Assembly (NCBI GenBank): GCA_015063495.1
Contig: SVUB01000002.1
Location: forward strand, 1 to 48,206
DNA from: Oscillospiraceae bacterium
GTDB lineage: Bacteria; Bacillota; Clostridia; Oscillospirales; CAG-272
Length of the DNA stretch: 48,206 nucleotides
Reading direction: 5' to 3'
A model generated the notes under the pieces. It made no database searches, was not told the DNA's origin, and saw only the letters and a program-made list of their open reading frames with translations. Within the stretch, counting starts at the first letter, position 1; each line of letters starts with the position of its first letter. The translations under genes and the position numbers were made by a program. Shown in pieces: positions 1 to 7,603 of the stretch.

Positions 1-173
1 TCGGAGCAAACTCCAATAAGCTCGGCCCCGCAGTCAACTTTACACTTCCCAAGGTGGCCGGTGTCAGCGAGTTTAAGTTTAGCCTCGTTTCCGCATCGGA
101 CAAATCAAGCTCCTACAGACTCAGATACGATTGCTTTGACGCAGTTGATACTTCACATATGCTTAATACCTAA
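1..173 (+). CDS. 3' end of an unidentified CDS (partial, continues upstream of the window)
   Basis: Frame 3 is open from the window edge to TAA at 171-173 (..LRYDCFDAVDTSHMLNT*). A strong hairpin terminator follows directly. No recognisable motif. Confidence 0.35.
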   Translation, partial: GANSNKLGPAVNFTLPKVAGVSEFKFSLVSASDKSSSYRLRYDCFDAVDTSHMLNT

Positions 174-210
174 AAAAAGACCGCGCCAACTTGGTGCGGT
201 CTTTCTTTTT
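172..210. terminator. Bidirectional rho-independent terminator
   Basis: GACCGCGCC (179-187) pairs with GGTGCGGTC (193-201), with an A-run 5' and a T-run 3'. It sits between two convergent CDS. Confidence 0.7.
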
Positions 211-211
211 G

Positions 212-340
212 TTATTTACTGAATATCTTATTAAGCAGGGCGGTTACCGTCATAATAACGCCGATAACTATGAATATAGTGAGCATTCCCACGCCCATAT
301 GCTTAAGATTTTCAACGAAATTTCCTATCTCAAAATACAT
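212..340 (-). CDS. 42-aa single-TM micropeptide, OadG-like (decarboxylase gamma/delta-like); absent from the ORF track
   Basis: My own translation is MYFEIGNFVENLKHMGVGMLTIFIVIGVIMTVTALLNKIFSK*. AGGAGG lies at 346-351, 5 nt upstream of the ATG at 340 and directly after the beta-subunit stop. The GVGMLTIFIVIG core resembles the OadG LGMGFVLAFLFLLI segment. Confidence 0.55.
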   Translation of the reverse strand: MYFEIGNFVENLKHMGVGMLTIFIVIGVIMTVTALLNKIFSK

Positions 341-352
341 ATCTATACCTCC

Positions 353-1489
353 TTACGAACCGAAGATGCTGAGAATTATACCGCCTGCGATAACGGATGC
401 TATCTGACCCGAAACGTTTACGCCGATAGAGTGCATAAGCAGGAAGTTCTGGGGATCTTCGTCCTGTCCCATCTTGTGAACGATACGGCCCGACATCGGG
501 AAAGCGGAAATACCCGCAGCACCGATCATAGGATTGATCTTTTCCTTGAGGAAAAGGTTGAGGAACTTTGCAAAGAATACGCCTCCTGCGGTGTCAAAGA
601 TAAATGCAAAGAGTCCGAGTCCGAGGATCAGGAGTGTGTCTACCGTAAGGAACTTGTCCGCCTGCATCTGGGAGGCAACAGTGATTCCAAGGAATATAGT
701 GATAAGGTTTGCAAGAACCTTCTGTGCTGTCTCGGAGATAGAATCAAGAACTCCGCACTCGCGTATAAGGTTACCGAACATAAGGAAGCCTACAAGTGCT
801 ACCGAAGAGGGAGCAACGAGACCTGCTATTATCGTGATAACGATGGGGAAGAGTATACGAGTGGTCTTTGAAACAGACTTCTGTGTATAGGGCATACGGA
901 TAAGTCGTTCCTTCTTTGTGGTGCAGAGCTTTATTATAGGCGGCTGAATAATGGGCACAAGAGCCATATAAGAGTAAGCAGCAACCATTATAGGACCAAG
1001 ATACTTTGAGCCGAGCTTAACTGCAACCGAGATTGCCGTAGGCCCGTCAGCCGCACCGATGATAGCGATAGACGCCGCATCGTTGATATTCGGGAAGAAT
1101 ACGGAAGCGAGGCATAGGGTAAAGAATATACCGAACTGTGCCGCAGCACCGAAAAGCATAAGCTTGGGGTTTGAGAGCAGAGGACCGAAGTCTATCATCG
1201 CTCCTATACCGATAAAGAGTATGAGAGGGAAGAGCTCGTTTGCAATACCTGCGCTGTAAAGCGTAGAAAGCGGGCCGACCTCGCCTATCTGTTCACCTGT
1301 TTCTGCAATGAACTGAGTTATAGCTCCCGACATAGGCAGGTTTACAAGAATTGCACCGAAGCCCATGGGGAGAAGAAGTGTAGGCTCCATCTTTTTCTGG
1401 ATAGCAAGATAGATAAGTATTCCGCCGATGAGCCACATGACTACTTGCTGCCACTGCAGATTCAGAAAGTTTTCGTATAAGATTTCCAT
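353..1489 (-). CDS. Sodium ion-translocating decarboxylase beta subunit (OadB/GcdB/MmdB family)
   Basis: Full-length resemblance to OadB: GAMIDFGPLL, GAAAQFGIF, GGADGPTAI, AAYSYMALVPIIQPPI, KERLIRM, FGNLIRESG-like, INPMIGAAGISAFPM, NFLLMH. Confidence 0.9.
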   Translation of the reverse strand: MEILYENFLNLQWQQVVMWLIGGILIYLAIQKKMEPTLLLPMGFGAILVNLPMSGAITQFIAETGEQIGEVGPLSTLYSAGIANELFPLILFIGIGAMIDFGPLLSNPKLMLFGAAAQFGIFFTLCLASVFFPNINDAASIAIIGAADGPTAISVAVKLGSKYLGPIMVAAYSYMALVPIIQPPIIKLCTTKKERLIRMPYTQKSVSKTTRILFPIVITIIAGLVAPSSVALVGFLMFGNLIRECGVLDSISETAQKVLANLITIFLGITVASQMQADKFLTVDTLLILGLGLFAFIFDTAGGVFFAKFLNLFLKEKINPMIGAAGISAFPMSGRIVHKMGQDEDPQNFLLMHSIGVNVSGQIASVIAGGIILSIFGS

Positions 1490-1521
1490 TTTTGTCTCCT
1501 TAAAATTTTCTTACGGGAGTT

Positions 1522-1550
1522 ATTATATCATAATCAGAAGAATTTTACAA
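1522..1550 (-). promoter_or_regulatory. Sigma-A-type promoter for the decarboxylase beta gene
   Basis: Minus strand reads TTGTAA-17 nt-TATAAT with a TG extension (TGaTATAAT). Confidence 0.45.
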
Positions 1551-1587
1551 CAGATTTATAATTTTTTTGGAAAAATATCGAAAAATA

Positions 1588-1616
1588 TTGACAATTACAT
1601 ATGAGTGTGGTATCAT
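1588..1616 (+). promoter_or_regulatory. Sigma-A-type promoter of the arsR-HMA-ATPase operon
   Basis: TTGACA (1588-1593), 17 nt spacer, TATCAT (1611-1616). Confidence 0.55.
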
Positions 1617-1650
1617 ATGAATGTAAATACATATGAATAGGAGTTCATAT
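1598..1650 (+). promoter_or_regulatory. Candidate ArsR/SmtB operator array
   Basis: Three CATATG palindromes at 1598, 1614 and 1630, exactly 16 bp apart. A 7-6-7 inverted repeat ATATGAA-TAGGAG-TTCATAT (1631-1650) brackets the RBS. Confidence 0.4.
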
Positions 1651-1652
1651 AA

Positions 1653-2018
1653 ATGAGGGAAAGAAAAAAACACGATCATTCGATAGTAGTAGATAAGCTC
1701 TGCCGTACTCTTCCCGACGAGGAGCACCTTTGCGACCTTGCCGACCTTTTCAAAATTTTCGGTGATACAACAAGAATGAGGATACTGTATTCTCTTTTTG
1801 AGACCGAGCTCTGCGTGTGTGCTATATCCGAGCTCCTCGGAATGACACAGTCTGCAATATCACACCAACTCAGGGTGTTAAAGGATAATCACCTTGTCCA
1901 GAGCCGCAGAGAGGGAAAAACGATATATTATTCCCTTGCCGATGAGCATGTGCGTACTATAATAGGGCAGGGCTATGAGCATCTTACTGAAAATGAAAGA
2001 GAGGAAATAATAAGATGA
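1653..2018 (+). CDS. ArsR/SmtB-family metal-sensing transcriptional repressor
   Basis: Winged HTH signature ..FKIFGDTTRMRILYSL...ELCVCAISELLGMTQSAISHQLRVLKDNHLV..REGKTIYYSL. It contains an LCVC metal site. Confidence 0.9.
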   Translation: MRERKKHDHSIVVDKLCRTLPDEEHLCDLADLFKIFGDTTRMRILYSLFETELCVCAISELLGMTQSAISHQLRVLKDNHLVQSRREGKTIYYSLADEHVRTIIGQGYEHLTENEREEIIR

Positions 2019-2233
2019 AGAAGACATTTAAGCTTGAAGATCTCGAATGTGCACACTGTGCTGCAAAAATGGAGACCGAGATAAACAAAATAGAGGGCGT
2101 CGTGAGCTCAAGAGTTGTTTTCATAACACAGAAGCTTATAATTGAGGCAGATGACGCACGATTTGACGAGATAATGAAAGAATGCGTAAAGATCTGTCGC
2201 AGGATAGAACCCGATTGCCGCATAATAATGTGA
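2015..2233 (+). CDS. Stand-alone heavy-metal-associated (HMA) domain protein
   Basis: 72 aa with LECAHCAAKME, a CxxC metal-binding loop in a ferredoxin-like HMA context. ATGA overlap with the arsR stop. Confidence 0.8.
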   Translation: MKKTFKLEDLECAHCAAKMETEINKIEGVVSSRVVFITQKLIIEADDARFDEIMKECVKICRRIEPDCRIIM

Positions 2234-2240
2234 GGGAGAT

Positions 2241-4061
2241 ATGTCAAGAAAGCAAAAAAGAGTACTATACAGAATACTTGTTGCATTTTTCTTACTTATC
2301 ACTGCTTGTCTGCTTCCCACAAAGGGGATTTTGCGTCTGCTATCCTTTATTATCCCCTATCTTGCCGTCGGATATGACGTTATTTTTTCTGCCGTGCGTA
2401 ACATTCTGCACGGGCAGATGCTCGATGAAAAATTTCTTATGACGGCAGCCACTATTGGCGCTTTTTTGCTCAGAGAGCATACCGAGGGCGTTGCGGTTAT
2501 GCTTTTCTATCAGGTGGGAGAACTTTTCCAGAGCATTGCGGTCGGCAGAAGTCGCCGCAGCATAGCTGCTCTTATGGATATAAGGCCGGATACTGCGGTA
2601 GTACTGCGAGAGGGAATAGAGACAGAGGTCTTTCCGGATGAGGTAGAGATAGGCGAGATAATAGTTATAAGACCGGGGGAGAGGGTCCCGCTTGACGGAA
2701 TAATTACCGAGGGAGCAACAACTCTTTCTATGGCGGCGCTTACGGGAGAAAGTCTTCCGATTGATGCTATCGTGGGAGATAGAGCTACAAGCGGTTCTGT
2801 AAATCTTACGGGACTGATATACGTAAAAACAGAGAGTGAATTTGCGGAGAGCACTGTATCAAGGATACTTGAGCTTGTTGAGAATTCTGCCGAAAAGAAG
2901 GCAAAGGTCGAGAGCTTTATCACGAGATTTGCAAGGGTTTACACTCCTGCAGTCGTCATCGGTGCACTTCTGCTTGCCATTTTTCCTCCTCTTTTTGTCG
3001 GTGGATGGGCAAAATGGATTAACAGGGCACTTGTATTTCTTGTTGTTTCATGCCCATGTGCGCTTGTTATTTCTGTGCCTCTTTCCTTTTTCGGCGGAAT
3101 CGGCGGTGCGTCGAGAAAGGGAATACTTATCAAGGGTGCAACATATATGGAGGTGCTTGCGAAAGTACGCACGGTGGCCTTTGATAAAACGGGCACGCTC
3201 ACAAAAGGAACATTTAATGTAACGGAAATAAAGGCAGTAAGCGGCAGTGAGTCAGAGCTTCTGTCACTTGCGGCATCTGCCGAGAGCCACTCTAATCACC
3301 CGATAGCTGAGCCTATTGTCAGTGCATATAGAGAAAAACCGGATATGCCTGAGAGTGTAACAGAGCTTTCGGGACTTGGTGTAGAAGCACTTGTGGGGGG
3401 CGCTAAAATCTGCGTTGGAAACCGCAGGCTTATGGAAAGCATAGGTGTCGAGCCTATCGAGCCTGACGCTATTGGTACGGCAGTACACGTTGCAAAGAAT
3501 GGAGAATATTTAGGACATATAGTCATTTCCGACGTGGTGAAGCCGGATGCCGCAAAAGCTATTGCGGTTCTCTCCTCGCTCGGCATCAAAAAGACAGTTA
3601 TGCTTACGGGTGACAAAAAGGAAGTCGGTGAATCTGTGGCAAAAAAACTCGGTGTGAATGAAGTAATTGCGGAGCTTTTGCCAAAGGATAAGGTAAGCAG
3701 GGTAGAGGGGCTACTCGCAGAAAGCTCTCCACTCGCTTTTGTCGGTGACGGTATAAACGATGCTCCGGTGCTTTCACGTGCAGACGTTGGAATCGCCATG
3801 GGAGCACTCGGAAGCGATGCGGCGATAGAGGCCGCCGATATAGTCCTTATGGACGATAAACCCACAAAGGTAGCTGAGGCTATAAAAATATCCCGAAAAA
3901 CCGTGCGTATAGTAAAAGAAAACATTATCTTCTCTCTTATGGTAAAGGGAGCTGTGCTTCTTTTAGGTGCACTCGGAATTGCGGGAATGTGGCTCGCTAT
4001 ATTTGCTGACGTTGGTGTTATGGTGCTTGCAATACTTAACGCTATGCGTGCAATGAAATAA
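2241..4061 (+). CDS. Heavy-metal translocating P1B-type ATPase (Zn/Cd/Pb-like), lacking a fused N-terminal metal-binding domain
   Basis: Motifs present: CPC in TM6 (VVSCPCALVIS), DKTGTLT, HPIAE, GDGINDAP. NIIFSLMVK and ADVGVMVLAILNAMR resemble the P1B-2 TM7/TM8 signatures. Confidence 0.92.
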   Translation: MSRKQKRVLYRILVAFFLLITACLLPTKGILRLLSFIIPYLAVGYDVIFSAVRNILHGQMLDEKFLMTAATIGAFLLREHTEGVAVMLFYQVGELFQSIAVGRSRRSIAALMDIRPDTAVVLREGIETEVFPDEVEIGEIIVIRPGERVPLDGIITEGATTLSMAALTGESLPIDAIVGDRATSGSVNLTGLIYVKTESEFAESTVSRILELVENSAEKKAKVESFITRFARVYTPAVVIGALLLAIFPPLFVGGWAKWINRALVFLVVSCPCALVISVPLSFFGGIGGASRKGILIKGATYMEVLAKVRTVAFDKTGTLTKGTFNVTEIKAVSGSESELLSLAASAESHSNHPIAEPIVSAYREKPDMPESVTELSGLGVEALVGGAKICVGNRRLMESIGVEPIEPDAIGTAVHVAKNGEYLGHIVISDVVKPDAAKAIAVLSSLGIKKTVMLTGDKKEVGESVAKKLGVNEVIAELLPKDKVSRVEGLLAESSPLAFVGDGINDAPVLSRADVGIAMGALGSDAAIEAADIVLMDDKPTKVAEAIKISRKTVRIVKENIIFSLMVKGAVLLLGALGIAGMWLAIFADVGVMVLAILNAMRAMK

Positions 4062-4063
4062 GA

Positions 4064-4097
4064 AAAGGCTGTTGCGCTTTGCAACAGCCTTTTTTTA
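4064..4097. terminator. Bidirectional rho-independent terminator
   Basis: GGCTGTTGC (4067-4075) pairs with GCAACAGCC (4081-4089), followed by T7. It sits between the convergent ATPase and prfB genes. Confidence 0.8.
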
Positions 4098-5207
4098 AGT
4101 TCCTGAGTTCATTTTAAGGTAGGCGTTGATGAAGCCGTCTATTTCTCCGTCCATTACAGCGTCGATATTTCCGTTCTCAAAGCCTGTTCTCGTATCCTTT
4201 GCGAGGGTGTAGGGCATAAATACGTAAGAGCGTATCTGCGCACCCCACTCGATGTTGGTTTTATTACCCTGAATATCCTCGATACGCTCAAGGTTTTCAC
4301 GAACCTTTATCTCCATGAGCTTGGATTTAAGCATCTTCATTGCCGTTTCCTTGTTCTGAAGCTGCGAACGCTCTGTCTGACATCCTACTACAATTCCCGT
4401 GGGGATATGGACGATTCTGATTGCAGAGTCGGTCTTGTTGATATGCTGACCACCAGCACCGCTTGAACGGTGTGCGGTGACCTCAATATCCTCGGCATGT
4501 ATCTCTATCTCACCCTTATCGTCTGTAAATTCGGGGAGAACCTCGACGGAGGCAAAAGACGTGTGTCTGCGTCCTGCGGAGTCATACGGTGAAACTCTTA
4601 CGAGACGGTGAACACCGTTTTCACTCTTAAGATAGCCGTATGCGTTTTCGCCCTCGACCATTATGGATGCGCTCTTAAGACCTGCTTCTTCGCCGTCGAG
4701 CCAGTCAAGAAGCTTAACGGTAAAACCGTGCTTTTCCGCCCATCTCGTTATCATTCTGTAAAGCATAGACGCCCAGTCCTGTGCCTCTGTTCCACCCGCA
4801 CCGGGGTGGAATGAAACAAGAGCATTATTGCGGTCATATTCGCCTGAGAGGAGTATCTCTATTCTCTGTCTCTCGGCTTCTTTTTTAACGAATTCGAGCT
4901 CGCTCTCGACATCAGGGACACAGCTCTCATCATTTTCCTCTATTCCCATCTCTGCAAGGACGATAGCGTCCTCAAGGCGGGAAACGAGCGTGTCGTAAGC
5001 TTCAATTTTATCTTTTCCGTTTTTTATTTGTTGAAGGACCTTGGTGGATTTCTCGGTGTCATTCCAGAATTCACCGTCCTGCGTGGTCTCCTCGAGTCTT
5101 GCCACGTTTTCACGCACGGCTTCAATGTTAAGAGAGTTTCCAAGCTCCTTTACCTCATCCTCCATTGCCACAAGCTCGCGCTTTGCATTTTCAAGTGCTA
5201 CTATCAT
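4095..5207 (-). CDS. prfB: Peptide chain release factor 2, encoded in a single frame
   Basis: GGQ motif (SGAGGQHINKT), PCRF region (HPGAGGTEAQDWASMLYRM), RVSPYDSAGRRHTSFASVEV. The N-terminus aligns with RF2 through the usual frameshift position without an in-frame stop. Confidence 0.95.
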   Translation of the reverse strand: MIVALENAKRELVAMEDEVKELGNSLNIEAVRENVARLEETTQDGEFWNDTEKSTKVLQQIKNGKDKIEAYDTLVSRLEDAIVLAEMGIEENDESCVPDVESELEFVKKEAERQRIEILLSGEYDRNNALVSFHPGAGGTEAQDWASMLYRMITRWAEKHGFTVKLLDWLDGEEAGLKSASIMVEGENAYGYLKSENGVHRLVRVSPYDSAGRRHTSFASVEVLPEFTDDKGEIEIHAEDIEVTAHRSSGAGGQHINKTDSAIRIVHIPTGIVVGCQTERSQLQNKETAMKMLKSKLMEIKVRENLERIEDIQGNKTNIEWGAQIRSYVFMPYTLAKDTRTGFENGNIDAVMDGEIDGFINAYLKMNSGT

Positions 5208-5252
5208 ACAGTTTCCTTATGGTTTCCTTTCGGCATATTTTCCTAATTATAC

Positions 5253-5281
5253 ATTTTACCATATAATTTGCTTTTTTGCAA
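5253..5281 (-). promoter_or_regulatory. Sigma-A-type promoter for prfB
   Basis: Minus strand reads TTGCAA-17 nt-TAAAAT. Confidence 0.4.
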
Positions 5282-5382
5282 GTGTTTTATTCCAAATAAA
5301 ACCTATATCCATCAGAAAAGTCTTATATTGCTTTGATTTTTATATTTGCTTGTAGTCAGACATTTTTTGACGGAGTTTTTTG

Positions 5383-5411
5383 TTGACAAAATCTATATAT
5401 TCGGATATAAT
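5383..5411 (+). promoter_or_regulatory. Consensus sigma-A promoter for the yitT-like/MFS genes
   Basis: TTGACA (5383-5388), 17 nt spacer, TATAAT (5406-5411). Confidence 0.55.
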
Positions 5412-5462
5412 CAAGAGAAGAAGATATACTACTTATGATAGTCAAATCGGGGGAAGAAGAAA

Positions 5463-6302
5463 TTGAAAAAATTGCGCAGATTTTTTATGATAACCGCAGG
5501 ATGCTTGCTTCTTGCAATAGGTGTTTACTTTTTTAAGATACCCAACGGCTTTACTACGGGTGGAGTAACGGGTGTCGGCCTTATACTTGCGCAGTTTACC
5601 CCTATAAGTACGGCAACGTGGATAATCATACTCAACGTATTTCTCCTTATCCTCGGATTTATATTTCTCGGCAAGGGAAACGGAATAATGACAGTCTATT
5701 GCAGTCTTCTTTATTCTGCGGTAACCTATATTTTTGAGGTTTTTGTTCCGATAAGCGAGCCGATGTCAAATCAGCCTCTCCTTGAGCTTATCTACGGTAT
5801 ATTTATATCCGCCCTCGGTTCTGCTATGATATTTAATAACGATGCTTCATCGGGCGGAACGGATATAATTGCACTTATACTCAAAAAATTCACGTCTATC
5901 GACGTTGGCAAGGCGCTTCTTCTCGTAGATTTTGCGGTAGCATCGAGTGCGTTCTTTGTGTTCGACGTGCAGACCGGCCTTTTCTGTCTGCTCGGACTTT
6001 TCGCAAAGGCATTTATCGTGGATGCGGTTATAGAAAATTTCCATACCTGCAAATATTTCGTTGTTATAACTACCAAAAAGGATGAGATATCCGAATTTAT
6101 AATGAATAATCTCGGCCACGGAGCAACTGTAAGTAAGGTCATAGGTGAATACACCAAGGAAGAGAAAACAATGCTCCACACCGTTTGCCGCCGTACAGAG
6201 GCTATAAAGCTCAGAAATAAGATAAAAGAGATCGACCCCGAAGCATTTACCATAATAACCACGAGCAGTGAGATAATAGGCAGAGGTTTCAGAACGGTTT
6301 AA
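5463..6302 (+). CDS. YitT-family membrane protein (DUF161 repeats plus C-terminal DUF2179)
   Basis: N-terminus FKIPNGFTTGGVTGVGLIL with a repeated SSGGTDIIALIL motif, and a soluble C-terminal domain. TTG start preceded by GGGGGAAG. Confidence 0.8.
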   Translation: MKKLRRFFMITAGCLLLAIGVYFFKIPNGFTTGGVTGVGLILAQFTPISTATWIIILNVFLLILGFIFLGKGNGIMTVYCSLLYSAVTYIFEVFVPISEPMSNQPLLELIYGIFISALGSAMIFNNDASSGGTDIIALILKKFTSIDVGKALLLVDFAVASSAFFVFDVQTGLFCLLGLFAKAFIVDAVIENFHTCKYFVVITTKKDEISEFIMNNLGHGATVSKVIGEYTKEEKTMLHTVCRRTEAIKLRNKIKEIDPEAFTIITTSSEIIGRGFRTV

Positions 6303-6320
6303 GAACACAGAGGAAAACAA

Positions 6321-7565
6321 ATGAACTCAAACAATTACAGGACGGCAAAATACGCCTCATATATAAGCAATATTTCGATGGCGGCAGCCAGCGTTCTGTC
6401 TCCGCTTCTTTTCGTGACGTTCCGTGAAATGTATGAGATATCTTATACACTTCTCGGACTTCTCGTTGTTATTAATTTCTCGGTGCAGCTCGCAGTAGAT
6501 CTTATTTTCTCTTTTTTCGGCAGGCTTTTTAATATACATAAAACGATACGCTTTATCCCGTTTATTGCGTTTGTAGGATTTCTTATATATGCACTTATGC
6601 CTACGTTTTTCCCCGGAGCAGCATATCTCTGGATAGCACTTGGAACAGTTGTTATTTCTGTTGCAGCAGGACTTGGCGAGGTTCTTACAAGTCCTCTCAT
6701 TGCCGCTATTCCCTCGGATAATCCCGAAAGAGAGATGAGTAAGCTCCATTCTATCTACGCCTGGGGAGTTGTGGGCGTAGTGCTTATAAGTACGCTTACC
6801 TTAAGGCTTATAGGAACACACAATTGGATGATTCTCGCACTTATCCTCTCGGTCATGCCGCTCGTTTCTTTTGTTATGTTCGCCACTGCAAAGCTTCCCC
6901 CAATGAGTGTGGACTCAAAGAATGAGACAGGGAAGAGAAGTGAGAAAAAAGCGGGATTTATTATGTGTATCGCATTTATATTCCTTGGCGGAGCATCCGA
7001 ATGTACTATGACGCAATGGGTTTCGAGCTTTGCCGAGAATGCGATAGGCATTCCCAAAATATGGGGAGATATATTCGGAATGGCAGCGTTTGCATTGCTG
7101 CTCGGAACGGGACGTACCCTTTACGCAAAATATGGTAAGAGCATTGGTAAGATAATGCTTTTTGGGATGCTCGGTGCGGCGGTCTGCTATATAATTTCCT
7201 CTTTTGCACTTAATTCTGCCATAGCCCTTATCGGCTGTGTTCTAACCGGATTCTTCACGTCGATGCTCTGGCCCGGAACGATAATCTACGCAGAGGAGAA
7301 TTATCCCGGACTCGGAGTTGCGGCATACGCACTTCTTGCCGCAGGAGGGGATTGCGGAGCATCAATTGCACCACAGCTTGTAGGACTAATTGCGGACAGC
7401 GTCGGGGTATCGTCGTTTGCTCTCGAAGCGTCCGAGAAGCTCGGTATAACGGCAGAACAGATAGGTATGAGAGCCGGCATCGGTATCTCGGCACTCTTTC
7501 CCATTCTCGGTGTAATTCTGGCGCTTACAATGAGAAGATATTTCGCACGGAATAAGAGAGAATAA
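6321..7565 (+). CDS. MFS transporter
   Basis: About 12 predicted TM segments in a 6+6 arrangement with a central charged loop (DSKNETGKRSEKK). Substrate unknown. Confidence 0.7.
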   Translation: MNSNNYRTAKYASYISNISMAAASVLSPLLFVTFREMYEISYTLLGLLVVINFSVQLAVDLIFSFFGRLFNIHKTIRFIPFIAFVGFLIYALMPTFFPGAAYLWIALGTVVISVAAGLGEVLTSPLIAAIPSDNPEREMSKLHSIYAWGVVGVVLISTLTLRLIGTHNWMILALILSVMPLVSFVMFATAKLPPMSVDSKNETGKRSEKKAGFIMCIAFIFLGGASECTMTQWVSSFAENAIGIPKIWGDIFGMAAFALLLGTGRTLYAKYGKSIGKIMLFGMLGAAVCYIISSFALNSAIALIGCVLTGFFTSMLWPGTIIYAEENYPGLGVAAYALLAAGGDCGASIAPQLVGLIADSVGVSSFALEASEKLGITAEQIGMRAGIGISALFPILGVILALTMRRYFARNKRE

Positions 7566-7603
7566 GTTAAAAAACAAGTCTTTGCAAATGAAAGGCAAAA
7601 AAT

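Noticed and set aside
191-871. 226-aa plus-strand ORF overlapping the decarboxylase beta gene. The same class includes 9388-10095 (antisense to rhaD), 43911-44615 (antisense to murA), 27458-28078 (antisense to the J-protein/DUF5685-like junction), 30397-31046 (antisense to the kinase) and 7301-7849.
   Set aside because: Each one overlaps a confidently identified gene on the other strand, lacks an RBS, and has Cys/Arg/Ser-rich composition atypical of real proteins in this genome.
3296-4084. 262-aa minus-strand ORF antisense to the P-type ATPase, plus smaller antisense ORFs at 2510-2923 and 2939-3202.
   Set aside because: The sense strand carries all canonical P1B-ATPase motifs. The antisense translation is Ser/Ala/Thr/Ile-rich low-complexity sequence with no start context.
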